From positions 1 to 63,857 of the forward strand of contig NIVC01004028.1 in the NCBI GenBank assembly GCA_002269645.1: 63,857 nucleotides of DNA, read 5' to 3'. A program made the position numbers and the translations under genes. The DNA comes from Macrostomum lignano. Taxonomy: Eukaryota. Positions 22,771 to 36,129 of the stretch are shown in pieces (positions within the stretch are counted from its first letter, which is position 1; each line of letters begins with the position of its first letter). The notes below the pieces were generated by a model. That model did not search any database and had not been told where the DNA came from. It was given only the letters and a program-made list of their open reading frames with translations.

Positions 22771-24387
22771 TTTAGATATTGTAATATGAGACTTAAGTAA
22801 TAGACAGATTACGTATCTTTAGGTATATATACTACTTTACAGTTGATATTTTTATTTCTGGCTTCTGTCTAAGTTAGACGCTTAAGAGAAACGTTTAGAG
22901 AAACAAGCACTAAATGATCCATAATATCGAATGTGTCGATAGAACCATGCAGGCTTAACCAAAGTATCCGCTAAGGATCGAGAAACTGTAGCTATTGAGA
23001 TTAGTTTTACCAATGAAAAAGCTAAACCACACTTCCTCCAGGAAAACAAGTCATCAATAGGCTGGTCTATATTTATCGAATTAAAATCAAGATGACGCAA
23101 TCATCATTTCAGAATCAAGTGAGTGAAGTTTACGTCACGTTACCTAACTAAAGGTACAATTTAGATCTAAATTCATCAACAATCGAAGTGACAATTGTGA
23201 CGGTCGCAGACGAAATGTGCTACATTAATTTTATTTTTAAACAATTACTTTTTGTTGGTTTTTTATTTTACGAGTACTGTTTGTTAAATCATAAGAAAAT
23301 TTGTGTGTAGATATATTGGCAAACTATTTTGTTTGGCACAATTAATTAACTATTGAACTTGCAGCTTTTTGCTGTCAGTTTGAGCTTAGAAGAAGTTTGA
23401 ATGGTGAGCAGACAATCTTTGGGGTATTGACTTATAGTCCATTTTCTCCTTTTGTATCTTTGTCTCTTAATTCTTATTATCGTAAAGCACTGCAAGCAAT
23501 CGACACAACTGTCTTGTCGTGAATCTTTGTCCATTTCGCGATATCGACCGGTCGCTCACCTCCGTCCGATGCTTCAATGACGACGAGACTGCATCTCATC
23601 ACTGATCTTCGTCCATGTTCTTGGTTGCGGCCCGACACCCTGCTCGTCTGCAGGGGGTATGCAGTTTCATAGCTAACGTCGCTGTCTTCATCTTCCCAGC
23701 TCATATTGTTGCTGATTTGTAAGTTAGAGAAAGATGGTAAGCCTTTTAGCAGACATGAAAGGACTGTCAATGCTCTAAAGATTAGATCTTTGCTCACCAA
23801 TCAAACATTTGGGCCATTGACTGGGGGCAGCAGTTGTCTTGAGTGTAGCTTTCTGCCCATGGATGAAGGAATACCTGCCACTCTAAAATTAAGTCAACTG
23901 CTCCTAAACTCTCCAACTGACTGCAGAAAGCTATATTTATAAGTAGATGTATAATATAAAATTATATACATACTACTATATATACTTGTTCGCGCGTACA
24001 TTTATGTATTTCAAGCAGTGTTATAAACATTTTTGGTTGCTTATGGTTGTAAAATGCTATTTGAATTGCTTATTCAACACCCTATTATTGCTCGTGTTGA
24101 TCGTTCAACCTGTACTATATATTTTCGCCTTTTCTGCAATAGAAATTTTTACTTGAACACTTAATGAACGACAGTATTAATAATGATGGAACTATATATT
24201 TATCTAAGCTAGAGCTAGTGATTTGAAAACACTGCATGGTTTCCATGATATTGTTGAAAACAAGAACAAAACTACATGTATAAAGTCAGGTCGATACACT
24301 CTAATACATACATGTATTTAAACATCCTGGCCTAGAAGGTTCTTACATTCTGTAATAGTACATGTATCAATGGGGGACCACCAGCGC

Positions 24388-25088
24388 CAGGGGCGTCGCC
24401 ATTAATTTTATGGTGAGGGGGACAAAGCCAAAAATTGTACGTGTGTATGTACTGACTAAATTCCTACATCATGTACACTATTTTGAGAATCGGTTTTGTC
24501 AAAAATCATGATTCTAGCGCCGCAGGCACCATTTTAGCGCTGCAGGCACTCATTTTAGCGCCGCAGGTATACTCATTTTAGCGCTGCAGGTACTCATTTT
24601 AGCGCCGCAAGCACCATTTCACATTCTTTTCTTAACTTGATAGTAGAGAAGCACTATGGTGCGTAGGTAGTCATGTGGATAAATTTAAACCAATCATTAT
24701 CCCCGAATTGGACCCAAAATCTTTCTCTATGCAGTTTTTCTTGCGCGCACATTGATACACCAAACGGACATGTACATGTTACGTCGCATTTCGCAGACGA
24801 AGTGGCCAATATAGCAATGTGATAAATGGTTTAATTTGATTCTGTATATGAGCTACAGTTGTACAAATTCTTGCAGAATTTGGGGGTTTCGACAAAAAAG
24901 CCTCTTATATGGCATGCAGCGTTTCCATGGAAACCTATATGTCGAACTAAAATTACTACAGTGTGTGTACATTATGTACAATATTTTTGGGAATCGCAGG
25001 GCATGCTATAATTGTAGTACGATCATTTTGGCGCCGCAGGGTACGCATTTAGCGCCGAACGCCAAGGGCCCTTATTAGGGCGCCCCTG
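24388..25088. mobile_element. Possible hAT-type MITE or composite remnant
   Basis: Termini CAGGGGCG ... CGCCCCTG; internal TTTTAGCGCCGCAGG repeats; inverted match is only 8 bp and there is no matching 8-bp TSD. Confidence 0.3.
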
Positions 25089-28000
25089 CTAGAAAGCAAA
25101 TATTGATTTCCATGACGGGTCACAATTAAGGTGGGGCGAGGGGACAATAAAGCATTGGCATGTCCAGCCATATTGCTTTTACTATATAGTGATATATCCC
25201 CCGACCCGCCTCCCAGCTTAATTGTCCCTGATCTCCTGTGGCTATATACGCCGCTGATGTGTTACGACAAAAATCCGATACATCATCGAGGCCTTTGTAG
25301 ATTTCAGTGCAAATACACGATTCAAGCAAATCTTAAAAAATGTGTCGATTCGGAGCGCCCGTGATATGTCAGTTATATTATACGTTAAGCAGGGGCATAC
25401 ATGCTTGTACATATGTAAGCTAATTAAAAATGTATTAACATTAAAATTAACTGAGAAGAAGACAAGCGGATTAATTTTAGCAGAGCAGGCGTCTCTTTTC
25501 GACTTATTAGAGTTAAGCAGGAAAAATTCTAAGCATTTTTTTAAAGGTAAAGAACTTATTTTCTCAAAAAGGTTTTTAAAATTTCAAAAATTCCTTGCAC
25601 ACTTATATTAAAGCAGGGTTTGGCAAACCGTTGTGTTTCTGAACCATAGTTCTCGACACTTTTTTTATCAAAAAAATTACATCACAGACAGACTCACAAA
25701 TTTGTAAAATTATGGACTAATAAACATATTCAAAAAGAATCTTTGTTAAAAAGAACACTCGTTTATTTGAATCGTCTGTCTGTGTCTTAACTTCAATCTA
25801 ATTGTGGAAATTTGTATCGTTAGTAGTCCTCTACATTTCATGATGCTGAGGGCCGGAAAAGCACTAGCCGGAAGCTTACATCTACAACAGACCAGAGCTT
25901 TTGCGAGAGGCTGGTGGCGATGTTTTATGTTTATAGGCCCTGGCCTGGCCCGGCTTCAGCAATAAAATAGGCCTATGCAAAGAAACCGTGGTAGGCGCCG
26001 CCGGCGGTAGGCCCCCTAATATTAGGCCTACTTTAAGCATTCTATTATATTAATAAAAGTAGGCCTACTAATTAATTGCCAATAAAATAAATGAATATGA
26101 AAGAAAACATTTTCATAAAGTTAGGCTTATTTTTAAATAGCAATTTTCATTTTTTAATTTTAATTTAGGCCTTCAACTCAAGTGTAGGCCTCAAGTGTGT
26201 GTGGATGATACTGATACTGATGCCTGATAGGCCTAGTATGGCTTCCAGAAAATCCAGTGACAAGGTGATTCGGCAACAGACAATCTGGCAACAGTCAAAT
26301 CAGTGAGGGTGACAGACAATCTGGTGACAGAGATTTTACATAGCAAATTTTACACAGATTTTAAATACAATTTTAGATACAAACAAAACTTTATATTTGT
26401 ATTATATTCTTTAAACTATGAACTATAGTTTTTAATTTTAGGCCCACATGTAGAGAATTCACTTTAGGATGAGCAGTATATTTTTTAAAAAGATTATATA
26501 TTAGGCCTATGTCTATATTTTTGATAGTTAAGCCAAGGATGATATCACATCAAATATGTTTTAATATAATAATGTATCCCCAGATAATAAAACTAGTGTG
26601 CAGCCTTTAGCAAAAATATAAAAGAACATATTGATTTAATGCAGTTTCCCATTTTTAAAGCAATACATGTACATGCATCATATTATCATTATAAGAATAT
26701 AAGCTGTTGATTGGAACCCTTAGCATATACATATAGGCCAACTAGTCTAGTCATTTACTAATTGTACTAGTTGACATCAACAGTTGACAATTTATCCATT
26801 GGAACTCATCAATATTCCCATTGAATCTTTGAAATCTCTGAATAGGCCTATTTCTATTATATTTCTAATTTTTAATAGTTAAGCTAGATATTGCAAAGTT
26901 CAATGCTGGCCTTGCTAGGCCTTACCCTTATTTCTGCAAAAGATATACTTGTAGTTAGTGCTAGTGGTCTTCTAGCAATAGTATTGTTAGAATGCATAAT
27001 GCACATTGCACAATAAAGTAATTTAATGCAAAAAAACCAATAGATTGCCACAATTTTTATTTAGGTAAATATTTTGCTTGTATGCTGTTCAGCATTGTAG
27101 CAATTTTTATCATATTTTTTCTATTTTTGTTATAATGTCCCAGGTTATATCATAATCAAGTATGATTTTTTAAAGGTATCATTGGCATATAAAAAAGCAT
27201 ATCTATTAGGCTAGCCTATATACCATACTAGTTTAGAGCTCATTGTCAGTTTTTTTGTTTGTAGAAAGTACTTTATTCTATTTTTTACATTTATTTTAAA
27301 ACCCTTTAAGATCAGAATTACAGATCATTTTGTAAATTTAAATTATACCAACAAAGATTAGAATCCTTGAGAGCTTTCAAAAGAATTCAAGAGGGCTTAA
27401 AAAAAGCTCTCAAGAGGATCCTTGAAAGGATTAATCTTTAAAATCTTAGAGCCTAATTCATTAGAATCCCAAGATTGGGAAAATCTAAGATATCCCAATC
27501 TTGAAAATCCAAGGATTTTGTCTATGATATCCCAAATCAAAAAATTCCTGGATTAGCAAAACTTGAAATTTTGTATTCCCTAGAAGGTCATATATTTAAG
27601 TTTTTAATATTATGTTTATTTAAACAAACAATATCAAACAATATTGAATTTTCAAGATTTTTCAATTTGATTTTTTGGCAATATAATACAAGATTAGATT
27701 TAGTTTTAAAATTTTTTTTCAAACTATTGGCTAAATCTCTTGATATGGGTAACACTAAAATGAGTTAAATTTTTAGACTAATCTGAAAGCAGTTTAGATT
27801 CCATGCATTTATAATATTTAGATATGCTATATTAAGAGTATTGGTATCCAATCTAGGGCTATTCGTTTTCACTTTATTTTATATATCAGATTTTCACACT
27901 TAAAAAAAGATTTGATCAAGAAAAAATCTAAATTCTTAAACATTTTTTTGTTTTTATTTGTATAATTTAACTAAGGAATAATGACTATATGTGGAACATA

Positions 28001-28589
28001 CATGCGCAACTTCTGAAATTACGCTGGCCGTGCGACTTAGTTTTCGATAAAAAATGCGACTTACCTGTAAAAGAGCCAAGCAAAAACTTTAGGTAAACGG
28101 CAGGAGTAACTATGACCATATTTTAAAAGCTAAATGCCTCGCCAGCTAATTAGTGCTGCGTGCAGATTCCGCGTTTTTATAACAGCTAATCAGTGTCATC
28201 TAGTGGCGGCATGAAGCAATTAGTAAATTGTCAGTACAGTGTAGTGAGCATACTACAAAAGTCATGATTCATGAATGTCCAGAAGTAAGTGAAGTGAATA
28301 CAGTGTGACCTATAGCTCAAGAACGATTTGCTAGACGATTTGGCATGGAAGATGAGAGCCCTGATTCAGATGGCTCATCAGATGCAGAATACGAATCCAG
28401 TAAAGATACAAGCTGTGAAAACCCACAGATTTTTAAACCACTGAATTCTAATTCCCGGAACTATTTTTGCATAGATTCTAAATTTGAAGTCATGCTCAAA
28501 CAAAAACTTGTTAACAGTTAGGAAAAAGGCAAAGATGGGAGTAATGCATGTTAAAAACTAAGATTTGAGGCCTTTGCAAATTCTCTCCA

Positions 28590-29200
28590 TTCCTCAATCT
28601 TCTCATCCTCTTTTTCTTTTCTCTCTCATCCCTTATCCCTTCTCTCTTTCCTCTCCTCTCCTATCTCTTCTGTCTCCTCTCTACATTTTTATCTCTCCTC
28701 TCGTCTCTCTCCATTCCACTTTACTCTCTCATCTTATCTCTCCTCTCTTTTCTACTCTCTCATCTCTCCTTTCTTCACTCTCCTCTCATCTCCTCTTTAT
28801 CCTCTCTTCTCTCATCTACTCTCTCCTCTTTCCTCTTTCCTCTCTTCTGATCTCATCCATCATCTTTTCTTTCCTCTTTCCTCTCATCTCCTCTTCTCTC
28901 TCATCTCTTTTTCCTCCCTCAGCTTTTCTCTCCTTTTCTATCTTTTCTCCCATCGCATCGCTCGCCTCTCCTCTGTTTGCTTATCTCTAATCTTCTATTC
29001 CCTCTACTTTGAAGTAAGAAAATATGCACATATTTTTGCTGAAGATAAGAGGAGAGAAGAGGGCATTGAGGAGAAAGGGTAGAGAGAAAGGGGGAGAAGA
29101 GAGGAGAGTAAAAATGAGAGGAGAGAGAAGAGGGAAAAGGGGGAGAGAGAGAAGAGGGGAGGCAAGGTAGAGAAGAAGAGAGAGATGAGAGTTGAAGAGA
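28590..29200. repeat. CT-rich low-complexity tract followed by an AG-rich tract
   Basis: Base composition. Confidence 0.85.
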
Positions 29201-29439
29201 CACCAACCTTGCTACTCGTAGTTAGGAAGTTTCAAAGAACCCGAGGGGCGAGGGCCAGATAGAGGGGCTTCGCAAGCCGGAGTTTGCCGACCCTTGCTCC
29301 AGAGTTTAAGAAATCAATGGGAAACTGTTGACGCGGGCTTCTGATTTCAAAGATCTTGTCTGTTGTTGAAGGCTTCTATTCTGTTTTTGCTCTCCTACCA
29401 CACTTGCACCTACTACCCCCTGATTGCCTCTGATTGTGA

Positions 29440-29945
29440 CTTACTTCCCTCTTATTGCGACTTAGTTGCTTCTTTCTGCGACTTACCTAATCCTTTTTGC
29501 GACTTACCTAATCCTTTTGCGACTTACCTAATCCTTTTGCGACTTACCTAACCCTTTGCGACTTACCGAATCCTTTTTGCGACTTACCTAATCCTTATGC
29601 GACTTACCTAATCCTTTTGCGACTTACCTAACCCTTTTGCGACTTACCTAATCCTTTTTGCGACTTACTTAATCCTTTTTGCGACTTACCTAATCCTTTT
29701 TGCGAGTTACCTAATCCTTTTGCGACTTAGCTGATCCTTTTGCGACTTACCTGATTCTTTTTGCAACTTACCTAATCTTTTTTGCGACTTACCTAATCCT
29801 TTTTGGGACTTATCTAATCCTTTTTGGGACTTACCTAATCCTTTTTGCGACTTACCTAACCCTTTTGCGACTTACCTGATCCTTTTTGTGACATAGTTTG
29901 CTTCTTTTGCGACTTACCTGATTCCTGTTGCGACTTACCAGTACC
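29440..29945. repeat. 20-22-bp minisatellite GCGACTTACCTAATCCTTTT(T)
   Basis: More than 20 tandem units. Confidence 0.95.
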
Positions 29946-30283
29946 TGATTATTTTTACAACTTAGAGTTAGTTTGCTTCTTTTGCGAATTGTTTTTCTTT
30001 TGCTTCACGATTTTCCCTGAACTGCTCTTTCTTTCGCTTTCCTCTTGCCTTTCTTGGTTCTTGTGTTTTTCTGTTTTTGGTTGACTCAATTTTGCGACTT
30101 ACCCCTGGTCAGCCATGATTTACGGTGGCCGGATCGGCCAGGTCGGCCAGCAGTTGCGCATGTATGATGTGGAAAGTGTAGATATATGGAAGGTTATAAA
30201 AATTAGAAACACTGTCTTATTTAAAACTCCTAATTTTTTTGACCAAAATATATTCAAAACTAACAACATTTACATTGCAGTCA

Positions 30284-33200
30284 ATGCTGTCTTCAAATCC
30301 ACTAGAGCAACTGACTCCAGAGTTAAATTGTCGAATTTTTAGCTACCTATCAGCTAAAGAATGCGGACCATGTTTTGAGGTTTCTCGCAATTGGCACCAA
30401 TTTCTAACTCAAAAGGCTCCGTGGGGTAGTCTGACTTTGCCTATAAGTTCTCACAGGGTCTGCAGTTCAGAACATCTAACTAAACTGACTGTTCATTTTA
30501 GCCGCATCAGTTCAAGCAATCAAGATCAAGTTGAATTTGCATTGTCTAGAGCGCCTAATTTAGAGTCTGTAGTTCTACTCATTAAAAATGCCAGTCGAAG
30601 TCAGATTCGCTCAATACAACCCATTCTTATGAGACTGAGCAAAGAGAGATGGTGTCCGAGTTTGAGACAACTAATTATACGAGGCGGCCCGTGCAATCTG
30701 ACTGATGATGGAGTTTTGAATTTGACTCAAGGGTGAGGAGACTCTCGATTGAGAAATAAAATGGAGCTGGATAAATTGAGATACTTAAGTAGCGGTCGAG
30801 ACAATGGGTTAAGAGCCATAGAGCCGATTGGTTTAAAATAAAAATGACTAAATTTTAAAAGTAGAGGTAGCGGGTAAAGAGCGGAGGGTGGGACGGGTAA
30901 AGATTGGAGCATAGGGCGGGTAAAAAGCGGAGGGTGGGGCGGGTAAAGAGCGGAGGGTGGGCGCGTAAAGATTGGAGCATAGGGCGGGTAAAAAGCGGAG
31001 GGTGGGGCGGGTAAAGAGCGGAGGGTGGGGCGCGTAAAGATTGGAGCATAGGGCGGGTAAAAAGTGGAGGGTGGGGCGGGTAAATATTGGAGCATGGGGC
31101 GGGTAAAAAGCGGAGGGTGGGGCGGGTAAATATTGGAGCATGGGGCGGGTAAAAAGCGGAGGGTGGGGCGGGTAAATATTGGAGCATGGGGCGGGTAAAA
31201 AGCGGAGGGTGGGGCGGGTAAAGAGCGGAGGGTGGGGCGGGTAAATATTGGAGCATGGGGCGGGTAAAAAGCGGAGGGTGGGGCAGGTAAATATTGGAGC
31301 ATGGGGCGGGTAAAAAGCGGAGGGTGGGGCAGGTAAAGAGCGGAGGGTGGTGCGGGTAAAGAGCGGAGCATGGGACAAGTAAAGAGCGGATGATTCGTTG
31401 GGTAAAGATCGGAGCATAAGGCGAGTAAAGAGCGGAGGGTGGGGCGGTTAAAGAGCAAAAGTTATATCAGGTAGAGATCGGAGCATAGGGCGGGTAAAGA
31501 GCAGATGGTGGAGTGGGTAAAGAGCGGAAGAGAAGTCGCATAGAGAAGGCATTAGTTGTGTTTTAGAGTCGTAATTTTTTTATATGAATCTATTATGGTT
31601 GTTCACAGGTGTTCGAAACTCAGCCACTTCGAGTTTCATCCTACAAGCCTGGTAACCAATCATTCTCTAGTTGCCATGGCAACTAATTGGCCAGAATTGC
31701 GCTCACTAACTATGTTAAACTGTTTGGGATTAAATCTTGGTGACGGTTCGGCTGTGGGCATCTTCAAACTGCTAGAACAGTGCCGCGAGCTGCGTAGGCT
31801 GAGACTGGCTATTGGTCACGGAATTAAGCCGACATTCTTTACCAGACTGGGCAAGTGCGCTGCTCAGCTCACTCACCTGCGAATGGAGCTAATTGAGGTT
31901 GGAAGTTTTTTAGTCACGTTGGTGGCTTGTTTCATACTTTTATTGTTTATTCAAAAACCCAAACCAAAATCCTGGAGATCTCAAATCTCCACGGAAATCC
32001 AGATCCTAAATCCCCTAATCCAGACCCCAAATCCTCTAATTCAGATCCCAAATCCTCACTAAAATCCAGATCCCAAATCCCCACTCTAATCCAGATCCCA
32101 AATTCCCGCTCTAATCCAGATCCCAATTCCTCACTAAAATCCAGATCCCAATTCCTCACTAAAATCCAGATCCCAATTCCTCACTAAAATCCAGATCCAA
32201 AATTCCACTCTAATCCAGATCCCAAATCCTCTAATCCAGATCCCAAGTCCTCTAATCCAGATCCAAAATCCCCACTCTAATCCAGATCTCAAATCCTCTA
32301 ATCCAGATCCCAAATTCCCACTCTAATCTAGATCCCAAATTCCCACTCTAATCTAGATCCCAAATTCCCACTCTAATCTAGATCCCAAATTCCCACTCTA
32401 ATCTTGATCCCAAATTCCCACTACAGATCCCAAAATCCCACTCTAATCCAGATCCCAAATCCTCACTGAAACCCAGATCCTACATCCCCCACTTTACTTG
32501 AATCAAGATCTCAAATCCCCAGATCCAAATCTTAAATGCTTTAAAACGCAAATAAAAAATATTCCCATATTTAAATGTACCCTTTATAGGGAGATCAAGG
32601 CTTCGACTCCTGGGGCGAGCTTGACGGATTGGACGGCTTGTCTGGCTGCTCAAACTTGAGTAGCCTGGCCTTGGTCGACTGCGGGTACCCCGGCCCTAAC
32701 GCCTTCGCCTCCTTGGCTGCTCACCTGACTGGGCTGCGCCATCTGCTACTCAAGTACGGTCAGACAGAGCCGCCCTCTGCTTCTGCCTGCATTAACGACC
32801 AGCTGCTGCTGGCTGTGGCTGAGCACTGCCCACTGCTGGAGACTCTGCGGCTTGCCGAGTGAGTGCCCGCTAATGCTTTTCTCAGTTGCTGAGCCAGCCT
32901 CCCAAATCCTCAGTTGCTGGGCCAGCTTCCCAGATCCTCAGTCTGCCAGATCCTCAGTTGCTGGGCCAGCCTCCCAGATCCTCAGTTGCTGGGCCAGCTT
33001 CCCAGATCCTCAGTCTGCCAGATCCTCAGTTGCTGGGCCAGCCTCCCAGATCCTCAGTTGCTGAGCCAGCCTCCCAGATCCTCAGTTGCTGGGCCAGCCT
33101 CCCAGATCCTCAGTTGCTGGGCCAGCCTCCCAGATCCTCAGTTGCTGGGCCAGCCTCCTAGATCCTCAGTTGCTGGGCCAGCTTCCAATCCCAGATCCTC

Positions 33201-33908
33201 AGTCTGCCAGATCCTCAGTTGCTGGGCCAGCCTCCCAGATCCTCAGTTGCTGGGCCAGCCTCCCAGATCCTCAGTTGCTGGGCCAGCCTCCTAGATCCTC
33301 AGTTGCTGGGCCAGCTTCCAATCCCAGATCCTCAGTCTGCCAGATCCTCAGTTGCTGAGCCAGCCTCCCAGATCCCCAGTTGCTGACAGTCTCACACACC
33401 CTCGCCGCCACTCATTCCCAGCTGCCAGAGCATCACAGACGTGGGCCTCAGCCAGCTGAAGTTGCTCAGCCAGCTCAATCGCCTCACTATTCGAGGCTGT
33501 CACGGTCTCCGAGACCCAGTCAGCATCAACAATGGGCAGAGCCATAGCCCGGATGCAGATGCTGGCATCACCACATCCGGCTTGGCCTCGACTGTAATTT
33601 CTTGCGCTAAGCTGTCTCGCCTATGCGTGGAATTCTCAATGTCGCACCGGCTGCCGGATGGCGATCAGCTGATCAGCAGGCTGGAGTCCAAGTGTGGCTC
33701 CATCGTAAACCTGAGCCTAATTGGCCTGACCGATATTAGCCATGCCAGTTTGAAATTTGTCGGTTTAAAGTTTGCCAGCTTGACCAGGCTGCGGCTCGGC
33801 TGTTGCAGTCGCATTGGCGAAACTGCCAGAGCCGACTTTCTGAGGGATGGCAGACCGGCTCTGCTCGAACGGGACATGGTTGAGCTGCTGGAGTCGACTC
33901 AGTGTTGA
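30284..33908 (+). CDS. F-box/leucine-rich-repeat protein (FBXL-type); exons 30284-30732, 31609-31897, 32590-32858, 33422-33908
   Basis: F-box LEQLTPELNCRIFSYL..KE......VSRNW; AMN1-type LRRs (CSKLSHF, LRSLTMLNC, CPLLETLRLADCQSITDVGL); GT-AG junctions with matching phases 2, 0 and 2. Confidence 0.9.
30860..31530. repeat. G-rich minisatellite in FBXL intron 1 (AAAGAGCGGAGGGTGGGGCGGGT / AAATATTGGAGCATGGGGCGGGT)
   Basis: Tandem ~23-bp units. Confidence 0.95.
31965..32530. repeat. Minisatellite in FBXL intron 2 (AATCCAGATCCCAAATTCCCACTCT variants)
   Basis: Tandem degenerate units. Confidence 0.93.
32883..33386. repeat. Minisatellite in FBXL intron 3 (CCCAGATCCTCAGTTGCTGGGCCAGCCT)
   Basis: Tandem 28-bp units plus shorter variants. 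Confidence 0.95.
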
Positions 33909-34059
33909 AATTTATTGGTGACATTCGCAGTGACATAAATTATATTTCTGCTACATTTCTCTTTGAATAGTCAAAATTCAAGTGTAACAAGTATCAGGAC
34001 CATGTTGCAATGTTTGTTGAAGTTGTTTAAGCAATTAGTTTATGCGACTACCTATTGCA

Positions 34060-35655
34060 ATCACGTGATTCTCTAATTTCCTTAATTTCCTAATTTTCCT
34101 CATAAGGTTCCCTAATTTCCTTGTGAATTTCTAATGAGGTTGCGTGAGTCCCTAATGAGGTGGTGCGATTCCCTAATGAGGTAACGTGATTCCCTAATGA
34201 GGTAGCGTGATTCCCTAATGAGGTAGAGTGATTCCCTTGAGGTAGCGTGATTCTCTAATAAAGTAGCGTAATTCTCTAATGAGTTAGTGTGATTCCCTAA
34301 TGAGGTAGCGTGATTCCCTAATGAGGTAACGTGATTCCCTAATGAGGTAGCGTGATTCCCTAATGAGATAGCGTGATTCCCTAATGAGGTAGCGTGATTC
34401 CCTAATGAGGTAACGTGATTCCCTAATGAGGTAGCGTGATTCCCTAATGAGGTAACGTGATTCCCTAATGGGGTAGCGTGATTCCCTAATGAGGTAGCGT
34501 AATTCTCTAATGAGGTAGCGTGATTCCCTAATGAGGTAACGTGATTCCCTAATGAGGTAGCGTGATTCCCTAATGAGGTAACGTGATTCCCTAATGAGGT
34601 AGCGTGATTCCCTAATGAGGTAACGTGATTCCCTAATGGGGTAGCGTGATTCCCTAATGAGGTAGCGTAATTCTCTAATGAGGTAGCGTGATTCCCTAAT
34701 GAGGTAACGTGATTCCCCAATGGGGTAGCGTGATTCCCTTATGAGGTAACGTGATTCCCTAATGAGGTAGCGTAATTCTCTAATGAGGTAGCGTGATTCC
34801 CTAATGAGGTAACGTGATTCCCCAATGGGGTAGCGTGATTCCCTAATGAGGTAGCGTGATTCCCTAATGAGGTAGCGTGATTCCCTAATAAAGTAGCGTA
34901 ATTCTCTAATGAGTTAGTGTGATTCCCTAATGAGGTAGCGTGATTCCCTAATGAGGTAGCGTGATTCTCTAATAGGTAGCGTGATTCCCTAATGAGGTAG
35001 CGTGATTCCCTTATGAGGTAGCGTGATTCCCTAATGAGGTAGCGTGATTCCCTAATGAGGTAACGTGATTCCCTAATGGGGTAGCGTGATTCCCTAATGA
35101 GGTAACGTGATTCTCTAATGGGGTAGCGTGATTCCCTAATGAGGTAGCGTGATTCCCTAATGAGGTAGCGTGATTCTCTAATAAAGTAGCGTAATTCTCT
35201 AATGAGTTAGTGTGATTCCCTAATGAGGTAGCGTGATTCCCTAATGAGGTAGCGTGATTCTCTAATGAGGTAGCGTGATTCCCTAATGAGGTAGCGTGAT
35301 TCCCCAATGAGGTAGCGTGATTCCCTAATGAGGTAGCGTGATTCCCTAATGAGGTAGCGTGATTCCCTGATGAGGTAGCGTGATTCTCTAATGAGGTAGC
35401 GTGATTCCCTAATAAAGTAGCGTAATTCTCTAATGAGTTAGTGTGATTCCCTAATGAGGTAGCGTGATTCCCTAATGAGGTAGCGTGATTCTCTAATGAG
35501 GTAGCGTGATTCCCTAATGAGGTAGCGTGATTCCCCAATGAGGTAGCGTGATTCCCTAATGAGGTAGCGTGATTCCCTAATGAGGTAGCGTGATTCCCTG
35601 ATGAGGTAGCGTGATTCTCTAATAAAGTAGCGTGATTCCCCAATGAGGTAGTGTG
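34060..35655. repeat. 21-bp minisatellite GATTCCCTAATGAGGTAGCGT, about 75 units
   Basis: Tandem array with higher-order variant blocks. Confidence 0.97.
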
Positions 35656-36129
35656 GTTGTCAAGTGTTTTGCATGCTTTTAAATGTGTACGAGTATTTCC
35701 CAATTAGCTGTATCAGCTGACCTGAGCTCGACAATAGAACGCGGTGTCTCAGTCGACTGGGCTTTTTGTTATTTTTTATAGCGGTAATTTTTCTTGAAAA
35801 CTTTATTAGCTGGATATCTGTACACTAACCGCCATTTTGCAGCTTGTATCATATTGTCATGTTGATTAGCACTATAATACTAATATCATGATATCATTTC
35901 TAATCCAGTTCCAATGGTCTCTTTGTTAAAGACAGCTTTTATTTTGATTTGTTGTTTTTTTACGTAGCGAAAAGTTTATAGAAATATTTATTTTTAGTAA
36001 TTAAAAATCATTAGTAAAACGTATTCTTTACAGTATGATTGTCATCTGCTTAAACGGTCTTTGCCCTGTTCCTCATAAATAATAAATTATTTGCGAAAAA
36101 ATGAGTTTTTATGTTTGTTTTTCTATCTC

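Noticed and set aside
28270-28520. Acidic coding-like fragment (GMEDESPDSDGSSDAEYE)
   Set aside because: Short, with an in-frame stop upstream and no recognisable domain; possibly transposon debris
34112-35703. Heptad ORFs (SLGNHAT)n resembling coiled-coil or ice-binding proteins
   Set aside because: Product of a 21-bp DNA satellite with near-identical codons and no unique coding flanks
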